Positions 57,498 to 64,000 of a stretch of DNA of 64,000 nt are shown piece after piece. This stretch comes from Chlorobiota bacterium. Lineage in GTDB: Bacteria > Bacteroidota > Ignavibacteria > OLB7. The translations under genes were made by a program, and so were the position numbers. Position 1 is the stretch's first letter; every line of letters starts with the position of its first letter. Location of the stretch: assembly GCA_021296135.1 (NCBI GenBank), contig JAGWAZ010000018.1:31808-95807 (forward strand), read 5' to 3'. A model generated the notes under the pieces. It was not told the origin of the DNA. It was given only the letters and a program-made list of their open reading frames with translations, and searched no databases.

Positions 57498-57884
57498 ATG
57501 AAGTTACGTATTCGATCAAATACATTGCGGTTCCGTCTTGGTCAGGTAGAAGTATCCTCACTGGCTAAGGAGGGTTTTGTTGAGGAGCAGACACAATTAG
57601 GTCCCAATGCAGAGGATGTTTTTATCTATCGCATTGAGTCTTCGTCAGATGTTGAACGTTTGGGACTGCGCTACCAACCTGGTAGGATAAGGATCCTTAT
57701 TGCCAAATCACTTGCTGGGGGCTGGAGTGACTCCGATGAGGTAGGTTTTGAAGGGAATGTCGAGGTTGGAGGGGGAGAATGTGTTTCGCTTCTTGTAGAA
57801 AAAGACTTTGCCTGTCTCAAGCCACGCGACCTGAAAGAGGACGAGGGGGCGTTCCCACATCCGGAAGCCGGGATACAATGTTAA
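57498..57884 (+). CDS. hypothetical protein (128 aa)
   Basis: ORF only. Confidence 0.3.
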   Translation: MKLRIRSNTLRFRLGQVEVSSLAKEGFVEEQTQLGPNAEDVFIYRIESSSDVERLGLRYQPGRIRILIAKSLAGGWSDSDEVGFEGNVEVGGGECVSLLVEKDFACLKPRDLKEDEGAFPHPEAGIQC

Positions 57885-58333
57885 TGTTTCAGGTTGTTTC
57901 GAAAGAAAAACCCGCCCTCGATATTATTGGCTCTGATTTATTGTTCGGGAAGCTTTGTCGTGCATCGATTGACTTTGAAAAGGTCTCAATGGTCGGGTAA
58001 CGATGTCCGATGCCGGCAAAGGCAAGGGCATAATCGTTCTTTGCAATCATCAGGTTGAACATTACTGCGAAGTTGCTGGCCTATTCGTTAAAAGCATTTG
58101 GATTGCTTTGGAGCATCCGTGTCTGTTGTGTAATTGAGGTTTCCCATTCATCAAGCCCGACAAGTTGCTTGTGGAGATGATTGAAGCTTGCCCTGGCCGG
58201 TTGCAACCAGTTGTGGAATATTGAAACGTAGCGAACATAGCGATTGTGGGAGATGTCCCGTCCATCGCCTCAATCGTGATTCGTGCGTAGTAGTAATGCT
58301 CCTCAGGAGTGAGAATACCGCCTTCACGACTTC

Positions 58334-59737
58334 CTACAGATTCAATCCTGCTTCCAACAATTGGTTTACTTTATTCTCGGAGTCAGCTTCAGCGTAATAA
58401 CGGAGGAGTGGTTCGGTTCCGGAGGCGCGAATCAAGAGCCACCCGTTATCTACGAAAAACTTGTAGCCGTCGAGGGTGCTTGCTTTCGTTACTGGATATT
58501 TGTCGAGCTTCGTTAGTCCGGCAGCCGCCCGTTTCAGGATTGCATCTTTTCGCTCTTGCGTCATCGGTTTGTCGATACGGCGGTAGCGATGTGGTCCGAA
58601 CTCATCATCAAGTTCACGTGATAGCTGACCGATCGACTTCCCTTTCTTTGCCATCAGCTCCAGAAGAAGCAGTCCGTTGAAAATGCCGTCTCGTTCCGGA
58701 ATATGCAGGATTGTGCCGAGTCCACCTGACTCCTCACCTCCGATGAGAATCCGCTCGTTGGCCATCAAGTCAGCAATATATTTGAAGCCGACCGGTGTCT
58801 CTATCAGTTTGATCTTGTTCCGCTCACAGTAATCGTTGACCATTGTTGTAAGGGAGATTGTCTTTGCCACAGTGCCACGTTTGTTACGGTCTTCATAGAG
58901 ATACTTCATCAGAAGAACAAAGACGCGATGTGAGTCGATGAAGCTCCCATCCTCAGCGATCACACCAAGCCGATCCGCATCGCCGTCAGAGGCGAGTCCG
59001 ATAGCATAACCTTCAGAACCGACGCGCTGGCTCAACTCGCCAAGGTACTCGCCGAGTGGTTCCGGGTGATCGATTCCGGTGAAGGCAGGATTGTGCTCGT
59101 TGTGAATATGATCGACATCCTTCAGAAGCAGATCCATCGTCTGAATGCCTGCGCCGAACATCGGATCATAAAGCACCTTGAACTTTGCTTTGCTGATCGC
59201 GTTCAGATCGATCTTCTTCTTCACATACTCCACGTACTCCTTTCGAGCATCGAAATAGCGAAGAGTTTTCTCCTTCAGATACTCATCCAGACTTGCAACC
59301 TTTGGAAGCCGCTTCGGAAGCTTCTTCTCAAAGGCCCTCACGGTCTTCTGAACTTTCGCGATGTCTGCAGGAGCCGAAGGGCCGCCATATCCTGCCTTCA
59401 GCTTGAAGCCGTTGTACTCGGCCGGATTGTGGCTTGCGGTAATCACTACACCTCCGGCCAGTCGTTTTCTTTTCGCCGCAAGCGATACCTGCGGAGTTGT
59501 CGAGATGCGATCCGTCAGCCAGACCTTCATGCCCTCTGAGGCAAAGAGACGCGCGGTTGTCTCAGCAAACTTATCCGAGAGAAATCGAGAGTCGTAGCCC
59601 ACAACGATCCCTCGGTCAGCATTCTTCTGTCGTTTGTAAAATCTGGCTGCAGCTCGAGCAACGAGTGCAACATTCTCGAACGTAAAGTCGTGGGCGATAA
59701 GACCTCGCCATCCGTCAGTTCCAAAAATGATAGGCAT
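58334..59737 (-). CDS. phosphoglucomutase/phosphomannomutase (alpha-D-phosphohexomutase) family protein
   Basis: Active-site TASHNPAEYNGFK, metal-binding DGDADR, sugar-binding GEESGG. Confidence 0.8.
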   Translation of the reverse strand: MPIIFGTDGWRGLIAHDFTFENVALVARAAARFYKRQKNADRGIVVGYDSRFLSDKFAETTARLFASEGMKVWLTDRISTTPQVSLAAKRKRLAGGVVITASHNPAEYNGFKLKAGYGGPSAPADIAKVQKTVRAFEKKLPKRLPKVASLDEYLKEKTLRYFDARKEYVEYVKKKIDLNAISKAKFKVLYDPMFGAGIQTMDLLLKDVDHIHNEHNPAFTGIDHPEPLGEYLGELSQRVGSEGYAIGLASDGDADRLGVIAEDGSFIDSHRVFVLLMKYLYEDRNKRGTVAKTISLTTMVNDYCERNKIKLIETPVGFKYIADLMANERILIGGEESGGLGTILHIPERDGIFNGLLLLELMAKKGKSIGQLSRELDDEFGPHRYRRIDKPMTQERKDAILKRAAAGLTKLDKYPVTKASTLDGYKFFVDNGWLLIRASGTEPLLRYYAEADSENKVNQLLEAGLNL

Positions 59738-59860
59738 GAGTAGAAGTTAGAAGTTCGATGTTAGAAGTGTGAAGTTTCATTTTTAGAAGGTAGGAGATAG
59801 AAGGTAGAATCTATGAAGTCTATGCCCCTCTATTCTCTCTACTACCTTTTCCATACTTCT

Positions 59861-61456
<1,596 letters not shown>

Positions 61457-62051
61457 CTACCATGTTTGCTGATTCTGCGTAACATCAGCTCGGATATTGA
61501 TTCCTTTCCCCAGATGCGCATATACTTGGCTAACGGCAGATATTCGGGCACGGGGCGATCAGTAAAACACCTCTTCTCCGGTTGAACCTCTTGAATGCAT
61601 CAATCTGAAACCGTATTTTTACTCCATGAATCATGCCTCACCGCATCATTCAGAAATCTTCTATTGGAGTGAGAAAAGAGGCCTAGTCCCGGTACCTTGT
61701 ATCCGAATCACATGATCAATGCGATCAAGTTCTACTGCGAGAAAGTACTTGGACCACCCCTCAGGTTTATCGCTTGCCACATCCAAAAAAGGACATAATA
61801 ACAGGGTAGAAGTGCAACTTGGGTTGACGAGCTTACCTCTTACTAATCCTCGTCTCCATACTGTTGATGGGCGGGAAGTCTATAGTACCGTATATGAAGA
61901 TAGTTTGTATGATGAGCAGAGGTTACAAATAGGTCTTCCCCGAGAACTCCCCTGATCTGTATATTCTGACTCTCACCTTTGAAAATGTGGTAAAGAGCCT
62001 GAAGGTGAGATAGAGCAATTTGAAAGAGGGTGTAGAGACCGAGAACTGCTG

Positions 62052-62600
62052 ATGACGAGCCACAAAACAACAACTCTTGGTGGAGGATGTTTCTGGTGTG
62101 TCGAAGCAATCATGCTACGATTGAACGGGGTGATCTCTGCTGTTTCAGGATATTCGGGAGGGAAGACTGATAATCCTTCCTATCAGGATGTCTGCTCTGG
62201 GACAACCGGCTATGCAGAGGTTGTGCAGGTGACATTTGATCCGGAAGTCATTTCCTTTGAGGATATTCTTAAAGTTTTCTTCCATACTCATGATCCAACA
62301 ACGCTCAACAGACAAGGGGCTGATGTTGGTACTCAATATCGTTCAGTGATCTTCTACCACAACGAAGGTCAGAAGCAGATTGCAGAGCTAAAGAAGGCTG
62401 AGGTAGATGCAAGTGATCTCTGGCCAAATCCGATTGTGACAGAGATTGCTCCGTTTGAGAAGTTTTATCCGGCCGAGAACTACCACCAGAACTACTTCGA
62501 CACCAATCCGGATCAACCATACTGCATGGCAGTGATTGATCCGAAGGTGCGGAAGTTCATGAAGAACTTTGCAGAGAAGGTGACTGGAGACGTCAGATAG
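62052..62600 (+). CDS. msrA: peptide-methionine (S)-S-oxide reductase
   Basis: GGGCFWCVEA active site, 182 aa. Confidence 0.9.
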   Translation: MTSHKTTTLGGGCFWCVEAIMLRLNGVISAVSGYSGGKTDNPSYQDVCSGTTGYAEVVQVTFDPEVISFEDILKVFFHTHDPTTLNRQGADVGTQYRSVIFYHNEGQKQIAELKKAEVDASDLWPNPIVTEIAPFEKFYPAENYHQNYFDTNPDQPYCMAVIDPKVRKFMKNFAEKVTGDVR

Positions 62601-62663
62601 CAGACCTCAAGACCTTAAGGCAAAGCAGTCCACTTCCTTTTCAGAGGTTTGAGAACTGATGAC

Positions 62664-63185
62664 TCAGTCGGCTGGCTCACCGAGTCGAAATGCCTTTGCA
62701 TACCAGGTAGCTCCCGCCCTCTGCTCAAAACTTCCGGCTCGCAGCTCGCCAACAGATGGAACTGTCAGATTGAATACCGTAGTCTCAGAATCGACCGCTC
62801 CTTTGTTTGCGAGCGAGCCGAATGTGATTCGATCCACACAGCGAATTGTCTCTCCATCTCTATAGCAGCAGTTCGGAGCGTCAAGGAAATCGACGTCGAT
62901 CTCTTTGCCAAGCTCGCGCAAAAAGCGCGTCATAGCGTCGATTGAGCAGCCGGATGGCCCTGTCTGGTCCTGATCGACACCAATCAAGAGAAAACGGTTG
63001 TGCAAGATCAAGGTTGAGGCGGTCAGCTCAGTGCCATGTGCAGCCCAACCACCAAGAAACTCCCGTACTCTATTCTCGACGAACTCTTTTTGCTCTTCAG
63101 ACAATGGATATCCCGATGTAAAGGCCCAGAGCTGAGCATGGTCGGGCAACGCATCAAATGGAGTCAATCCCATGGTTGTATACAA
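62664..63185 (-). CDS. conserved hypothetical protein (173 aa)
   Basis: ORF only. Confidence 0.35.
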   Translation of the reverse strand: MYTTMGLTPFDALPDHAQLWAFTSGYPLSEEQKEFVENRVREFLGGWAAHGTELTASTLILHNRFLLIGVDQDQTGPSGCSIDAMTRFLRELGKEIDVDFLDAPNCCYRDGETIRCVDRITFGSLANKGAVDSETTVFNLTVPSVGELRAGSFEQRAGATWYAKAFRLGEPAD

Positions 63186-63261
63186 TATATTAGTTGTCAG
63201 ACATTAGTGATCAGACCTCAGAAATGATCGGAGTATTTCTCTGATGTCTCATATCTGATGT

Positions 63262-63999
63262 CTACCCTACCATCTCCGATATTTCCAGGGCAGCATCAAC
63301 AGGCACATATTCAAGATCAAATGCCTCTGCGACTCCCTTGTGGGTTACAAGGCCGTTGATAATGTTGAGTCCATCACGAAGTCCTTCATCCTCTTCTAAT
63401 GCTTTTTCGTAGCCCTTGTTGGCCAGTTCGAGCATGTAGGGAAGTGTGGCATTCGTCAGACCGATCGTTGAAGTAAACGGAACTGCTCCCGGCATATTTG
63501 CGACGCCGTAATGAACGATGCCGTCAACCTCGTAGACCGGATCAGCATGTGTTGTCGGCTTCGAGGTCTCAACGCAGCCGCCCTGATCAACCGATACATC
63601 GACGATAACCGATCCAGGCTTCATCTCCGAGAGCATTGCGCGTGTGATGAGCCATGGAGCCTTTGCACCCGGAATAAGGACAGCGCCGATTACCAGATCA
63701 GCTTCGCGAATTGCTCCGAGGATACCGTGCGGTGTTGACATCATTGTGTCGGTGTTCTTCGGCATCACATCGTCGAGGTAGCGGAGACGATAGAGATTGT
63801 TGTCCATGATTGTCACGTTCGCCCCGAATCCTGCTGCTATCTTTGCAGCATGTGTTCCGACAACGCCGCCACCAAGTACAAGAACGTTGGCCGGCTTTGT
63901 GCCGGGAATACCACCAAGCAGCACACCACGTCCGCCCATCGGCTTCTCAAGGTACTTCGCCCCTTCCTGTGTTGCCATGCGTCCGGCAACTTCCGACAT
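63262..63999 (-). CDS. ald: alanine dehydrogenase (C-terminal NAD-binding part; 5' end beyond window)
   Basis: VLVLGGGVVGTHAAKIAAGFGANVTIMD Rossmann motif and AlaDH C-terminus. Confidence 0.8.
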   Translation of the reverse strand: MSEVAGRMATQEGAKYLEKPMGGRGVLLGGIPGTKPANVLVLGGGVVGTHAAKIAAGFGANVTIMDNNLYRLRYLDDVMPKNTDTMMSTPHGILGAIREADLVIGAVLIPGAKAPWLITRAMLSEMKPGSVIVDVSVDQGGCVETSKPTTHADPVYEVDGIVHYGVANMPGAVPFTSTIGLTNATLPYMLELANKGYEKALEEDEGLRDGLNIINGLVTHKGVAEAFDLEYVPVDAALEISEMVG

Positions 64000-64000
64000 T

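Overview
This 64-kb window looks like a chromosomal segment from a Bacteroidota/FCB-group-like bacterium, with overall GC around 50%. The lineage call rests on gene content: a fused 2-oxoacid dehydrogenase E1 alpha/beta subunit, DUF4397 lipoproteins, a CRTAC1/VCBS giant protein and an LptD homologue. Most of the window is housekeeping: pyrD (partial), moeA, a dxr-rseP-surE-ftsX-lptG block, an RNase E/G-family gene, lptD, prfA, a class II (B12-dependent) ribonucleotide reductase nrdJ, a phosphohexomutase, eno, msrA and ald (partial). Three things stand out. (1) An ~11.4-kb horizontally acquired defense island at about 45.65-57.32 kb sits between nrdJ and the pgm/eno genes and is bracketed by two ~185-bp direct repeats derived from an IS30-family transposase fragment. 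It carries an AT-rich Type III restriction-modification pair (mod-res), an OLD-family ATPase+TOPRIM nuclease split into two ORFs, a degenerate IS5-like transposase and a GC-rich, translationally coupled three-gene operon. That operon encodes an ABC-type ATPase, a small TOPRIM-like (E...DxD, DUF4276-like) protein and a T4 DenV-like pyrimidine-dimer DNA glycosylase. I consider it a candidate undescribed defense module. (2) A tandem array of seven VOC (glyoxalase/bleomycin-resistance fold) paralogs lies at 1.2-6.2 kb together with an SRPBCC protein and a DUF899 protein. (3) An RNase E/G homologue has a ~340-aa K/S/R/E-rich disordered insertion inside its S1 domain. Two likely frameshifted genes (an LptF/G-family permease and a DUF4397 lipoprotein), several promoter-proximal direct repeats and an unusually long ~0.9-kb non-coding region upstream of eno are also noted. 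No rRNA, tRNA or CRISPR array was detected by eye.
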